Shown here one piece after another: positions 26,195 through 37,035 of a DNA stretch of 64,000 nt. The notes beneath the pieces are model-generated. The model was not told the DNA's origin, searched no databases, and was given only the letters and a program-made list of their open reading frames with translations. The stretch covers positions 1 through 64,000 of the forward strand of contig QPMI01000695.1 in the NCBI GenBank assembly GCA_004431415.1, given 5' to 3'. The stretch is from Cyanophora paradoxa CCMP329 (lineage: Eukaryota; Plantae; Glaucophyta). The position numbers and the translations under genes were made by a program. Each line of letters starts with the position of its first letter. The first letter of the stretch is position 1.

Positions 26195-26646
26195 TATCCC
26201 GGGACTTTTGTGCCACCGAGTCAATGACTCGAAAAATGACTCGAACCCGAGTCATTGACTCGAAACCCGAGTCACTCCGGAAATGACTCGAAATCCGAGT
26301 CAGCCCGAGTCAGCCCGAGTCATTTCGAGTCACTCCGAGTCGGTGAAAATTTGTTCGAGTCAGCCCGAGTCAGCCCGGGTCAGCCCGAGTCACTCCGAGT
26401 CACTCGAATTCGAATATTTATTAACTATAAAATTAAATATATATATTTATAAATCGAGAGCCCCGCATGCGCACGCCCTGGCAGTGCTGGCACTGCGGCA
26501 TGCGCACGGCCGCCGAGCTAGCGCTGGGCAGCCTGGGCTCGACCACGCCGCCATACGTATACACCGGCGCCACGTTACATATATATCATAGTATAATTAA
26601 AGACGTTGCGCATGCCGCGATGCGCGCGCCCCGGGCCCCGCCCTGG
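26195..26646. mobile_element. Left arm of a foldback/TIR element: TIR plus a subterminal array of GAGTCA/TGACTC motifs
   Basis: Starts TATCCCGGGACTTTTG, which resembles the TACCCCGGCACTTTTG end of the 39764-48299 element. Followed by more than a dozen GAGTCA/TGACTC motifs. The other end is not identified in the window. Confidence 0.6.
26380..26646. repeat. 267-bp direct repeat, left copy
   Basis: Identical by eye to 63306-63572. Confidence 0.95.
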
Positions 26647-27518
26647 AGAGACTCTACGGGCACTCCGTGCTAGCCAGCTGTCAACAACAGCTGTGCCAGC
26701 CGAGGCCGTAGGAGTGCGGCGCGTCTACGCGGTGGTGCAGCAGCAGCGGTTCATCCGGCCAGCTAGCGACTACGGGGGAGGGACAACAGCCTCAGATCGT
26801 GAGGTGCGCACCGGCGCAAGCCGCCCGGGCACGTCGCCCGTGGTCGGTCCGGTGCGCAACGGGCAACTTGTCTCTTGGACCATCGCCGGCCCAGCGAAGC
26901 CAGCGGACGAGCGATCAGTGCTCAGAGGACACTGCGCGAGCAGTGGGAGCCCGCGAATTGCGCACCGCATCGCGGCCGCGATCATCGGATCTTCGTAAGC
27001 TCCAGGCAGCTACGGTCGAAAGAGGCTTGCGGGGGCGTTTCGGCAACCCCGTAGGTCCGCCTTTCATCGTAGTAAAGAGACGTCGTCAGGGGTCGTTTCG
27101 GCTGCCCCGCGCGTACGCTCTCGAGCCTTCCGGCGACCCAGCGTCAGCAGGCGGTCGCCAGCCCAACTCGCCACCAGACGAGCGCGCGCGTGCGGGGACG
27201 CCACCCACGGGTCGTACGCAGTGTTCGGTGGACGTGGGTGCACGCGGAGCTCGGCGGACGGAGTAACGGCGGCAACTTGCGGAGGCCCGCTCACGACCTC
27301 GACCAAGCCCGCCACGACGCCCGCTTCAGCGCCGCGCATCCCTCGGCCTTTCGAAGGGGGAGACTCTGCCAAAATTTTTGGCTCAGCTCGTCGCCGGCTC
27401 GCCAGCGATCAGCCGACAGTCGCCCCGTACCAGCCCGCGGACAGCTTCCAGCACCGCGAGCTACAGCCTCGCCCCTGACCGTCCCTTCTTTCTCCCCTTC
27501 AACTACTACCTCTCTACG

Positions 27519-30500
27519 ATGCACTCGAGCTCCGGATCCGGGCGGCTCGGGCGGCCGCCACCGGTGACGACGGCGGGCATGTCCCACATCGCGGCCATCA
27601 CCAACCGGAAGGCGGCGGAGCAGCAGACCTACAACCAGCGGATGCAGTACACGGAGCCGCCGGTGCCGGTCACGCTCGCCAAGGGCGCCGTCGTCATGAG
27701 CTTCGGCACCCCGCTGACGATGTCGAACGTCAAGCAAACGCTCGACCAGTTCACGAAGGTGGCGCACACCAAGAACTACTTCGCAGACATCCCCACCACG
27801 CCGGAAGAACGCCGCATGGTCAACTACACTCTCACGGAGTTCTCCCAGCTACTCTCGGCCCGGGACAAGGCCGACTTCCTTCAGCACCTGCACCGCCAAG
27901 AGCAGCACGACGCGGCGCTGGCCAAACTGGCGGCGGACGTCGCCGCGCAGGAGCGGGCATTGGCAGGCATCCCGTTGGCGGACGTCCTCCGGCGGACGCA
28001 GGAGCAGAACCGACTCGACGAGCTGCAGCGGACACTGCAGGCAGCGCAGCGGCGGGCCCCACAACCACCGTTGCGTCACGTCGGCGACCTCGCCCGCTGG
28101 CTCCACGCTCGCATCGACCCCGTCGACAAGGCTCGCATCATCGGCTTCACGCGCGAGATGTACATGGGCCTGCGGCCCAGCCACCAATTCGAGGCTACGG
28201 TGGAGGCGATCGAGCTCAGCGGCAGGACCCCGACCCCAGCAGTCGTCCTGGCGGCGCTGGAGGAGCAGATCCTTCTCCGCCAGCAACAGCACGTCGACGC
28301 CTGGGAGATGTTCGGCACCGAGGCCCATCACCGGCGCAAGAACTTCGCGACAATGGTCGACAAAGTGATGCCCCAGCTTTGGGAGCTCCGTCGGCAGCTC
28401 GAGACCGACATGCCGGGCAACACCGAGCTCCAGACTTCCTCCTTCCTCGCGTCCGCCCCGGCGATCTTCCTGCAGCCGCCGATCCACAGCAACAGCTGGG
28501 ACATCAACCTGGGGGAGGAGGACGCGAAGTCGTCCACGGCGCACGCGATCCGGATGGCGGCAGCGGCATCGGCTGAGGAGGGCGCAGCGTCCAACACTGA
28601 GGAGATGTCGGCACTCTTCGGAGCCAGCGGAGGCGACTCGTTCGACACGACACCGACCAAGCGGCCTCGCCACGAGCTCAGCGGCTCTCCGACGATTGAC
28701 CGGCAGCTTTCGACGGCGAGCCCGGCGACACGGTTGGCGTCGGACGTCGCAGCGGCATCGTTTACGCTCGGGACCGACCGTGAGCTCCGTCGCCTCTCCG
28801 ATCAGCAGGCGGCGCTGCAGCAGCAGCTGTTGCAGCAGCAGCAGCAACAGGCGCAGCAGTTCCTGACCCTCCAGCAGCAGCAGCAGCAGCAGCAGGCGGC
28901 GACGCACGCGCACATCATGGCGGTGCAGGCGACGCAGCTCACCACGGCACAGCAGATCGGCTCAGCCTTCAACGCGGCACCGTACGCCCCGCGGCCCCAG
29001 GGCCCGACCGCCCCCAGCGGCGCGACGCCGCCCCCGTTCCAGCCCCCGCTCGGCGGCGCGCGGGACGGAGCGCGGGCGCAGCCGCAGGGCAAGGTTTGCG
29101 GCCTCCTCTGCCACCGTGGATCTCGGCGGGGCCAAGTCTGCGGCGTGAACCACGCCAAGCAGAACGCGGTCTGGCGCTCGGCGATCCAGCTCCACGATCT
29201 GGCGCACCCGGGGCGCACGGTGAACGCGACGGCGGCGGGAATCCTGCAGCGGAACCCGGTGCCGGAGTGCCCGGGTGAGGACTGCCGGCGGTGCTACACT
29301 ATCTTCCCCCAGCTGTACGACACGCGGGACCTCCCGCCCCACCGGCACGACGAGAGCGAGGAGTGCCCGGTGCTGCGAGCCCTGCGGAACATGGCGCCCC
29401 TGCCCCACCTTCCGCAGCTGCCAGTCGGCTGGCGCGAACACCTGATCCAGGCGGGCGTCATCCAGGAGTCGCGGATCCCGACGGCGCAGCCCCCGCGCTT
29501 CCAGCCCCAGCCCATGCTCCCGGCGCCGGTGCCGGCAGCAGCGAACCCGTGGACGGCCAACTCCTACCCCCCCGCAGCGTACCCGGCCGGCTACGGCGTG
29601 CAGTACCCCCCGCTCGGCCAGGCGCCGGCGTCGGCACCGACCCCGCCGCCGCCCGCGAAGCCCCCTCAGACCTGCCACATCTGCAAGCAACCCGGCCACT
29701 TCGCTCACGAGTGCCAGCAGTCGAGGCAGCAGGCGGCGCCGGCGGGCCGCGGAGGCGGCCGCCGGGAGAACTTCCGCTCGGTCCCGCCCCCGCAGCAGTA
29801 CCACCCCCAGCAGCCGGCACAGGTGAACTACGCGGCGACGGGAGCCAACGCGTCCCCCGTGGCACCGGCGGGCTACATCCCGGTGGCACCGGCTGCACCG
29901 GCAGCGGCACCCGTGGACGCCAACTCGCCGCAGTTCTTCGCGGAGGTCATGGCGATCATGCAGCAGAAGCTCGCAGTGCGGGCGGCGCAGACGAACGCGG
30001 TGGCGGTCAGCAACGCCGATCTCGACGCTATGGTGGAGGCTGAGATGGACGCCTTGCTGGCGGCACGGGCGGCGCAGACGCGACCGGCCAACCGCCCGGA
30101 CTCCTACTCCCTGGACGCCCTCCGCTTCGGCGACGAGGCACGCGGCTACCGCGCGGGCGCGCCGGAAGACGCAGGGCGCACGGAGTGGAGGTCGGGCGCT
30201 ACGACCCCGTCGACGACGTGGGCCACCCCGGCGGGCTCGGAGCACGGCAGCGCCTCGGTGACGACATCCCCGCAGCCGGCAGCGACGGCCCCTAGCATCA
30301 CCGCGACGGCGGGGGTGGACTCGGGCGCACCGCCAGCCGAGCGACGGCAGCGGTCGGCTCTCCTGGCGCTTATCACCGAGGGCGCGCGTGCACGGCTGGC
30401 GGACATGGCACTGGAGCGGGAGACGGTGATGACCATGCCGGAGGAGGAGCGCGAGGCGCACCAGCAGCTCCGTGAGGAGGACGACGATCCGGGGGAGGCG

Positions 30501-33500
30501 GCGACGGACTCGGAGACGGACAGCCTCGACGGCGAGCCCCTCCGTCTCCGCGGCGGCGGCTACTCCGACGGGGACGCTGACGCTGACACCGACGCCGACG
30601 AGATGGTGCTCGACGGCGGTGGGAACGCTGACTCTGACGGCGAGGAGCTCGACGGCGAGCCTCTGCGCCTTCGCGGCGGCGGCTATCCCGACGGGGACGA
30701 GGACGGCGACACGTACTCTGACGTGGAGGAGTTCGGAGCCGACGGCGGGCTGACGGAACCAGAGTACGCCGGGGCGACGGAGGGCCTCGGCATCGGCGAC
30801 AGCTTGGGAGGGCCGGCAGCTCCACTGAGGCTCCGCGGAGGAGGCGGCGCGACGCGGAGGGTGCCCGACGGCGGCGCGGAGGCCTTCAACTCGGACGATG
30901 TGCAGGATGTTCTTGACCCGGTTCCCCCCCTGGTACAGCTGGGGCCGATGGGCTCACCGGCCCCACTACCGGAGCCGGTCGCGACGCTGGAACCGGCGGA
31001 ACTGGATCTCCTCGGCGTCGTGGTCAGTCCGACGATCCTTGCGAACCAGACGGAGCCGGCAGCGGCCGCGGAGCCGGAGGACACCCCGGAGTCCCGGTGC
31101 AGCACCGACGACGACTACACTCATTGGCCGGAGGGTTACAACTACGACAGCGACGGCAGCGTCAAGTACCCGACCAACGCGCTGGACATCGAGCTGGCCG
31201 ACGCCCGCGAGGAAGCGGAGAGCCGGGGAATCACGGTCAGCCAACTCTTGGACGAGAGGATGGCGGAGCTGGAGGCGTCCCACCGCTACGGTGCCGCGGT
31301 CGCAGTGTCGACGAACATCGCGGTCGTGGAGACGCCGCCGGCCTTCGTCGCCTACATCGACGACCTCATCGCGCGCAAAACGGCGGGGCCGTACACGTCG
31401 ATGGCGAGCGCAAGGCGCACAGTGGATGCGGGGCGAACACCGGACGCGGAGGAGGAGCTGCGGACAACAGACCAACCAGGGCTGTTGCTCGCACGACGGG
31501 CGATCGCTGCGATGGCGGCGAACCGGGGCGTCGACTACGCGACGATGCAGATGGAGCTGCGCGGCCGCGGAAACGCCATGCGGGAGGCGCTCCGGGCGCA
31601 AGTCAGCGCAGACCTTCAGCGGCTGTGGGACTCGGGGGTGCGGAATCCTTACGGCGAGGACGCAACAACACCGGGAACTAGCTCGATGGATGTGACACCT
31701 GACCACAGGACGGTGAGGGGGGCCGACGTGGAGCACCCGACAGCCGAGGACGACCCCGGCGGGTCGACGGCGGCGATGGTCGCCGCCGCTATTGCTGAAC
31801 GGATCGCAAACCGCGACTGCGTCGCAAGCCTCATGCCCACGGCATCCGGCTCGAGGACGACGCGGGCGGCACCGACGGCGGCCCGTCGGACTCCTCTCGG
31901 GGCGAGCAGCAGCTTCGCACGACGGGCAATCATGGCACGGTTCAGATCCCGCGACGTCAGCTTTGCGGAGGTGCAGCAGGAGGTGCGGGAGAACCCGACG
32001 CTCCGGGCAGCAATCGTGGCCTACATCCATGCGGCCATCACGGACCCCGACGAACTCTGGATCGTCGCTCAGGACGCGTTCGAGTGGCGCGTCGCGGAGA
32101 CGGCGGCAGACCGCAACAGCGACCGTCGATCCGTGATGCAGACTATTCGCGACGACCCTGCGGCTCGGGAGGTGATGGTGGCGTCCATTACTCAAGACCT
32201 TGCGCAGTGGCGGCGGGAGGCCGAGACAGCAGCGATGGAGGCCACGATGGAGAGCTGCACCACTATGCCGATGCATTACCTCTCCTGCGACCTCTCACTG
32301 GCCTATTTCACGCCCAACGCGGCAGAACAGCAGCTTCAGATGATCCCCCCCGACTCTCAGGACCATCAGCCTACAATGACGCCGATGTTCCCCGAACGTG
32401 AACACCGCTGGGAGGCGTTCGACCGAGCAGTCGCCGACCTCCAAGAGATCCGACGGGCGAGGCCCCTCGACGCGCACTGCGACGGCACGACCGACCTGAC
32501 GGCGGCCCTGTCCAACATAGATCTGGTCGGCCCGGAAGGGGTCCGGCAAGCGGATCTGGGCTCGGGTGCGGACCTGACGATCTCCACGGACACGGTGACG
32601 CCAGCACAGCCCACCCCGGCGGCGCGGCGCCGCCGGCGCCAGCGCAGGCGCGCAGCGCGGGGCGGACGATGCAAGCCAGACGGCGCTCGGGCATCGCCCC
32701 CTGAGGACGACGGCGACGATCCAGACGAGGCGCACGCAGCGGGCGGGAACGGGACTGAACGGACCTCTCGCACGGCAACGCAAGCGTGGAGCGCGACGGC
32801 GAGCTCGACGACCACGACGGTGACGCGGCCGACGAACCAGACTCAAGGCCCGAGAGCAACGATCGCCAAGTCGCAAGGGCGGCCCTGGCTGTACGGACTG
32901 ACGGTCACGGACGGCAAGGCGACGGTGGGCCTGCGCCAGCTGTCAGGATACTCGAACCTCTCGACGGCGACGACGGGCGTACTGCGCCTGCGGGGCGGGA
33001 CACGCCGGCGACAGAAGCCGGCGGAGGAGGCGCCAGCTACGACTCTGACGGCGGAGACCGCGGCGACGGCGACGCCGATGACGGGCGGAGTCCCGAGTGT
33101 GATGTTCACGGCGCCGACGGCGCCGGCTGCGACTCTGACGGCGGAGGCCGCGGCGACGGCGACACCGATGGCGGGCGGAGGCCCGGGTGTGATGTTCACG
33201 GCGCCGACAGCGCCGGCTACGACTCTGACGGCGGAGGCCGCGGCGACAGCGACGCCGATGACGGGCGGAGTCCCGGGTGTGATGTTCACGGCGCCGACAG
33301 CGCCGGCTACGACTCTGACGGCGGAGGCCGCGGCGACGGCGACGCCGATGGCGGGCGGAGGCCCGGGTGTGATGTTCACGGCGCCGACGGCGCCAGCTAC
33401 GACTCTGACGGCGGAGGACGCGGCGGTGGCGACGCCGATGACGGGCGGAGGCCCGGATGTGACGTTCACGGCGCCCCCGGCGCCGGCTACGACTCTGACG

Positions 33501-36500
33501 GCGGAGGCCGCGGCGACGGCAATGCCGATGGCGGGCGGAGGCCCGGATGTGAGGTTCACGGCGCCCACGGCGCCGGCTACGACTCCGACGGCGGAGGACG
33601 CGGCGATGGCGATGCTGATGGCGGGCGGAGGACCGAATGTGACGGTGGACGCCGCACTGATGGCGACCCTGACGGCGGACGCCGCACTGACGGTGACGGC
33701 GATGCCGGACGGACACTACATGGTGCGGCCCACGAACAGGCCGACAGCACCAGCAACGTACGTGACGCGCTCGGCGCTGGCGACGATCATGGAGACGGTG
33801 CCCATGATGACGGCGGCAATGGAGACTTCGGCGACACTGACGGCGGGCGTCGGCCCGGGCACGGAGACTCTCATCGGGAGCCGGCCGGCCCCGGGGGCGA
33901 TGACAGACGCGGGCGCTGAGGAGCCGACGGCAACGGTCACGGGCGAGCACTCGCGCACGACGCCGGTCGAGCGGTCGGCGCCGGAGACGGCAGCGACGCT
34001 GGCGACGGGTGTGGGCTTACCGACGGGCGTCGGCCCGAGGCCCACACGGGAACAGCGGGACACGATGGAGCAACTGACGGGAGACGACCACGAGGAGGCG
34101 AGGCCGGAATCACCGGAGCGCATGGAGCCGATGGAGTTCGACGACGCTGCAGCACTGCACAACGCTCAGACAGGCAATGCGGGCTACGGGATCAATGTTG
34201 TCGACGTGCATGACTGGCATCCTCCGCCACCTGCGCGACGGCACGATGGGTCTGGGGACATACCGACGCCTCAGACTCAGATCATCGCGCTGGCACAGAT
34301 GGCGGCGGACGCGGAGCAGGTGCCGCAGAACGCGCCTCGGCGGCGGCACATCACGGAGACCATTGTCAGAGCCATGTCGCAGAGGTATGACAGCAACCTC
34401 ACGCTCCAAGTGGCCATGACCGTCGACGACGTCGACCTTGTGGGCCACCTGCTGGCGACGAACACGAGCACGCTCTTGGAACCGGGGGCAACGATGCTCG
34501 AGGCGGGGAGCGTCGCGATGTGGGGCAACACCTCCGACGTTGCACGCTGGCTCTTGCTGCGACGCGACGCGGCGCGGCTGGGAGTCGACGTCGGGCAGGT
34601 GGCTCTACAGCAGTACTCAGAGCGGAAGGCGGTCCTGGATTCACTAATCAGCACGGGCGAGTTCGTACGGTACCGGCCAACCGATGAACCGGACCGGAAC
34701 GCGCCGAGTGACGACGGCGGACTGGCCGCAGTCGACGCTATCCAGGACATCATCGATCGCAACATGCAGAAGGGGGTGAGCCCGGCGAACACGTTGCAGC
34801 AGCGGGCGGAGCAGCAGATCGCGCGGGACCGGCATGTCGCGTTCGGCTTGGACCTCGCTCAGCACTTGAGGGCGATGTGGCGGCCGGAGGAGATGGTGCA
34901 GGCGAACGACCCGACGGGCCCAGTTGGCGAACCACCACCACCTCGATTCGGGCTCCAATCATCGCTCTCGCTCGACGACGCCCAGCAGGGCACGCAGGAG
35001 GGGGCGTGGAGGCGGCAGGCGATGCTGCGGATCGCGTACCTGACGCGAACGACGGCGGGATGGGAGGAGATGACGGATGTAGACCGCTTTGACGGCTTGA
35101 AGGAGGAGGCAATCAAGCGGAGCTTGACAGAAGCACAGACTGCGGAGGCGCTGATGAACGACTGGCGTGAGCTGCTGAACCTTACCGTCCACATGGGATA
35201 CCTACGGCAGGAACTCATCGACGGTTGGGAACAGTGGATTTCACCAAACAACCAGTACGTTTACCTGCGGAACATGATCCAACGGCTCGACGGGAAGCGA
35301 GCGCGGGACCCGACGGCAACGTGGTACACGCTGTTCCGGGACCTAGCGGCGAAGGCGCTGGGGCTCCTGCCTGAGGGGAAGCCGACGTTCTCGCAAGCCC
35401 GAGCTACACCGTCCCAACGGGCTCACACGGAGGTGGTGACGAAGCTGCAGAGGACGACGCTCAGGGGCGCTCAGCAAGACGAGTACTCCCTGCCGCACCC
35501 GGCGGCGTGGAAATACACGTCGCGGCTGCTCATGCACCCTGAATGTCTACGCACGTCGTTAGGACCGTTCACCTCAGCTCCGCTGGCACGCTCGGAGATG
35601 TATGACGACATCAACGACCCGTACAAGATGCGCCAGGAGTTCCCGCGACGCTCGTACGCTACATTCCTCCAACGCCAGTCTCCGAACGCGTGGGATGCAA
35701 TGTCGAAGCGGATGGTATCATACGCGTGGCGGCCCCGCGACGACCGGGCGGAGGAACTCCACATCTACTCGCCGGTTGAGGTGCAGGCGGCGAAGCTACA
35801 GCAGAACATGCCCCACTTCCGACGTGCATGGGAACTGTTGGTGATGCTCGGTTTCTACGGGTACAAGGACCCGTTCTACGACCACGGCCTGTACGACGAC
35901 ACGGCGGAGCCACATATCTACCAGGAGTCTCAGGCAGCGGCTGCATCAGCACGGGAGCTTCCGTGCCTCGGCCAGGACAGCGTTCTGGCACTGTTCGACG
36001 TCGACCCGCTGGATTACGCCTTCTTCACACAGGCCGAGTACTGCCTCATCCCCGCCCTGATCGTCACGGCGATTGAGCTGGGGCGGCACCTGGCGCACGC
36101 GTTCGCCACGCGAGGATGGAGGGCACCGATCACGGTCGACACGCAACTCGTGGAGCAGGCATGCGCGGCAAAGACGATGGAGGAGGCGAACCGCTACCTC
36201 ATTCTGGCAGCGCGTAGCATCGAGACGCCGCCGGCCGTGGAGACCTGCCCGGACTTGCCGGGCGCCTTGCTCATGCGATGCCGGGCCCAGGCTTGCGCAC
36301 TGACGCACGTCATGGCGTTGGGACATACGGGCTACGACTTCACTCGCGACCTGTTGGACGGTGGATACCAGCCACAGTGGCTTCAGAGCTTCTTTAGCTT
36401 TGGCGAGATCCTGGACCTGAACCTCCCCAGTGCCTACACCATGACCTACGCGGTCAAGCTCGGCGAACAGTTCCTGAACATGGTCGCGAGGGGCAGAGTC

Positions 36501-36746
36501 ATCAACGGTGACTACGTGCGGGGGCTGGAGGTGCCCCGCACTGCCGACCCGGAGGATCTGACGCTGTTCACGGAGACGGCCATCGGCTCACCACCACTCC
36601 GCTGGAATGAAGCGTTCACTCAGTACCTGGAGCAGACCGACAGCATGCAGAACTTCATCGAGATGGTCGCGAGTCTCCTCTACGACACCTCCATGGCCAT
36701 CGATCTTCCCCTCCCCATCGTCGACGACGACATGATGCAGGCGTAA
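27519..36746 (+). CDS. gag: Gag-like polyprotein, N-terminal part (over 3,000 aa)
   Basis: Zinc knuckle CHICKQPGHFAHEC near 29670-29715, an upstream Cys/His cluster, Gln/Pro-rich tracts and four LRLRGG motifs. First ATG at 27519. No capsid fold recognised by eye. Confidence 0.75.
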   Translation: MHSSSGSGRLGRPPPVTTAGMSHIAAITNRKAAEQQTYNQRMQYTEPPVPVTLAKGAVVMSFGTPLTMSNVKQTLDQFTKVAHTKNYFADIPTTPEERRMVNYTLTEFSQLLSARDKADFLQHLHRQEQHDAALAKLAADVAAQERALAGIPLADVLRRTQEQNRLDELQRTLQAAQRRAPQPPLRHVGDLARWLHARIDPVDKARIIGFTREMYMGLRPSHQFEATVEAIELSGRTPTPAVVLAALEEQILLRQQQHVDAWEMFGTEAHHRRKNFATMVDKVMPQLWELRRQLETDMPGNTELQTSSFLASAPAIFLQPPIHSNSWDINLGEEDAKSSTAHAIRMAAAASAEEGAASNTEEMSALFGASGGDSFDTTPTKRPRHELSGSPTIDRQLSTASPATRLASDVAAASFTLGTDRELRRLSDQQAALQQQLLQQQQQQAQQFLTLQQQQQQQQAATHAHIMAVQATQLTTAQQIGSAFNAAPYAPRPQGPTAPSGATPPPFQPPLGGARDGARAQPQGKVCGLLCHRGSRRGQVCGVNHAKQNAVWRSAIQLHDLAHPGRTVNATAAGILQRNPVPECPGEDCRRCYTIFPQLYDTRDLPPHRHDESEECPVLRALRNMAPLPHLPQLPVGWREHLIQAGVIQESRIPTAQPPRFQPQPMLPAPVPAAANPWTANSYPPAAYPAGYGVQYPPLGQAPASAPTPPPPAKPPQTCHICKQPGHFAHECQQSRQQAAPAGRGGGRRENFRSVPPPQQYHPQQPAQVNYAATGANASPVAPAGYIPVAPAAPAAAPVDANSPQFFAEVMAIMQQKLAVRAAQTNAVAVSNADLDAMVEAEMDALLAARAAQTRPANRPDSYSLDALRFGDEARGYRAGAPEDAGRTEWRSGATTPSTTWATPAGSEHGSASVTTSPQPAATAPSITATAGVDSGAPPAERRQRSALLALITEGARARLADMALERETVMTMPEEEREAHQQLREEDDDPGEAATDSETDSLDGEPLRLRGGGYSDGDADADTDADEMVLDGGGNADSDGEELDGEPLRLRGGGYPDGDEDGDTYSDVEEFGADGGLTEPEYAGATEGLGIGDSLGGPAAPLRLRGGGGATRRVPDGGAEAFNSDDVQDVLDPVPPLVQLGPMGSPAPLPEPVATLEPAELDLLGVVVSPTILANQTEPAAAAEPEDTPESRCSTDDDYTHWPEGYNYDSDGSVKYPTNALDIELADAREEAESRGITVSQLLDERMAELEASHRYGAAVAVSTNIAVVETPPAFVAYIDDLIARKTAGPYTSMASARRTVDAGRTPDAEEELRTTDQPGLLLARRAIAAMAANRGVDYATMQMELRGRGNAMREALRAQVSADLQRLWDSGVRNPYGEDATTPGTSSMDVTPDHRTVRGADVEHPTAEDDPGGSTAAMVAAAIAERIANRDCVASLMPTASGSRTTRAAPTAARRTPLGASSSFARRAIMARFRSRDVSFAEVQQEVRENPTLRAAIVAYIHAAITDPDELWIVAQDAFEWRVAETAADRNSDRRSVMQTIRDDPAAREVMVASITQDLAQWRREAETAAMEATMESCTTMPMHYLSCDLSLAYFTPNAAEQQLQMIPPDSQDHQPTMTPMFPEREHRWEAFDRAVADLQEIRRARPLDAHCDGTTDLTAALSNIDLVGPEGVRQADLGSGADLTISTDTVTPAQPTPAARRRRRQRRRAARGGRCKPDGARASPPEDDGDDPDEAHAAGGNGTERTSRTATQAWSATASSTTTTVTRPTNQTQGPRATIAKSQGRPWLYGLTVTDGKATVGLRQLSGYSNLSTATTGVLRLRGGTRRRQKPAEEAPATTLTAETAATATPMTGGVPSVMFTAPTAPAATLTAEAAATATPMAGGGPGVMFTAPTAPATTLTAEAAATATPMTGGVPGVMFTAPTAPATTLTAEAAATATPMAGGGPGVMFTAPTAPATTLTAEDAAVATPMTGGGPDVTFTAPPAPATTLTAEAAATAMPMAGGGPDVRFTAPTAPATTPTAEDAAMAMLMAGGGPNVTVDAALMATLTADAALTVTAMPDGHYMVRPTNRPTAPATYVTRSALATIMETVPMMTAAMETSATLTAGVGPGTETLIGSRPAPGAMTDAGAEEPTATVTGEHSRTTPVERSAPETAATLATGVGLPTGVGPRPTREQRDTMEQLTGDDHEEARPESPERMEPMEFDDAAALHNAQTGNAGYGINVVDVHDWHPPPPARRHDGSGDIPTPQTQIIALAQMAADAEQVPQNAPRRRHITETIVRAMSQRYDSNLTLQVAMTVDDVDLVGHLLATNTSTLLEPGATMLEAGSVAMWGNTSDVARWLLLRRDAARLGVDVGQVALQQYSERKAVLDSLISTGEFVRYRPTDEPDRNAPSDDGGLAAVDAIQDIIDRNMQKGVSPANTLQQRAEQQIARDRHVAFGLDLAQHLRAMWRPEEMVQANDPTGPVGEPPPPRFGLQSSLSLDDAQQGTQEGAWRRQAMLRIAYLTRTTAGWEEMTDVDRFDGLKEEAIKRSLTEAQTAEALMNDWRELLNLTVHMGYLRQELIDGWEQWISPNNQYVYLRNMIQRLDGKRARDPTATWYTLFRDLAAKALGLLPEGKPTFSQARATPSQRAHTEVVTKLQRTTLRGAQQDEYSLPHPAAWKYTSRLLMHPECLRTSLGPFTSAPLARSEMYDDINDPYKMRQEFPRRSYATFLQRQSPNAWDAMSKRMVSYAWRPRDDRAEELHIYSPVEVQAAKLQQNMPHFRRAWELLVMLGFYGYKDPFYDHGLYDDTAEPHIYQESQAAAASARELPCLGQDSVLALFDVDPLDYAFFTQAEYCLIPALIVTAIELGRHLAHAFATRGWRAPITVDTQLVEQACAAKTMEEANRYLILAARSIETPPAVETCPDLPGALLMRCRAQACALTHVMALGHTGYDFTRDLLDGGYQPQWLQSFFSFGEILDLNLPSAYTMTYAVKLGEQFLNMVARGRVINGDYVRGLEVPRTADPEDLTLFTETAIGSPPLRWNEAFTQYLEQTDSMQNFIEMVASLLYDTSMAIDLPLPIVDDDMMQA
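33030..33650 (+). repeat. Coding 90-bp (30-aa) tandem repeat, about 6-7 copies
   Basis: Units of the form APATTLTAEAAATATPMxGGxPGVMFTAPT. Confidence 0.93.
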
Positions 36747-37035
36747 GGAGCTGTTTCGCATGTCGCAGACGGCCCCGGACGGACCTCGACGGGCCGAAAA
36801 CGGCGCGACCTTTCGGACATCCCGCTAGTTCGCGAGCTTTAACAATGGATGGAATTTGAATTTCGAACACGGCGGCTATCAGCCGGCTGAGTTCGAGTTC
36901 GAGCTGGCTAGACCAATTTCTATATCCCCCCAAGCCATCTCCCCCCCCCTACCAAGCCACGGCCAGCTGCAGCTAGATTGCCAGACTTGCGCGGGAAAAG
37001 CAAAAGCGCTTATAGCTTAGCGTTCGGCGATCGAG

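Noticed and set aside
12222-26286. Many long Arg/Gly/Pro/Ala-rich ORFs
   Set aside because: They are an artefact of very high GC content. The real genes are spliced and cross frames.
26380-26646. Canonical LTR call for the 267-bp repeats
   Set aside because: No TG..CA ends, TSD or PPT, and the left copy continues an upstream array. Kept as a finding instead.
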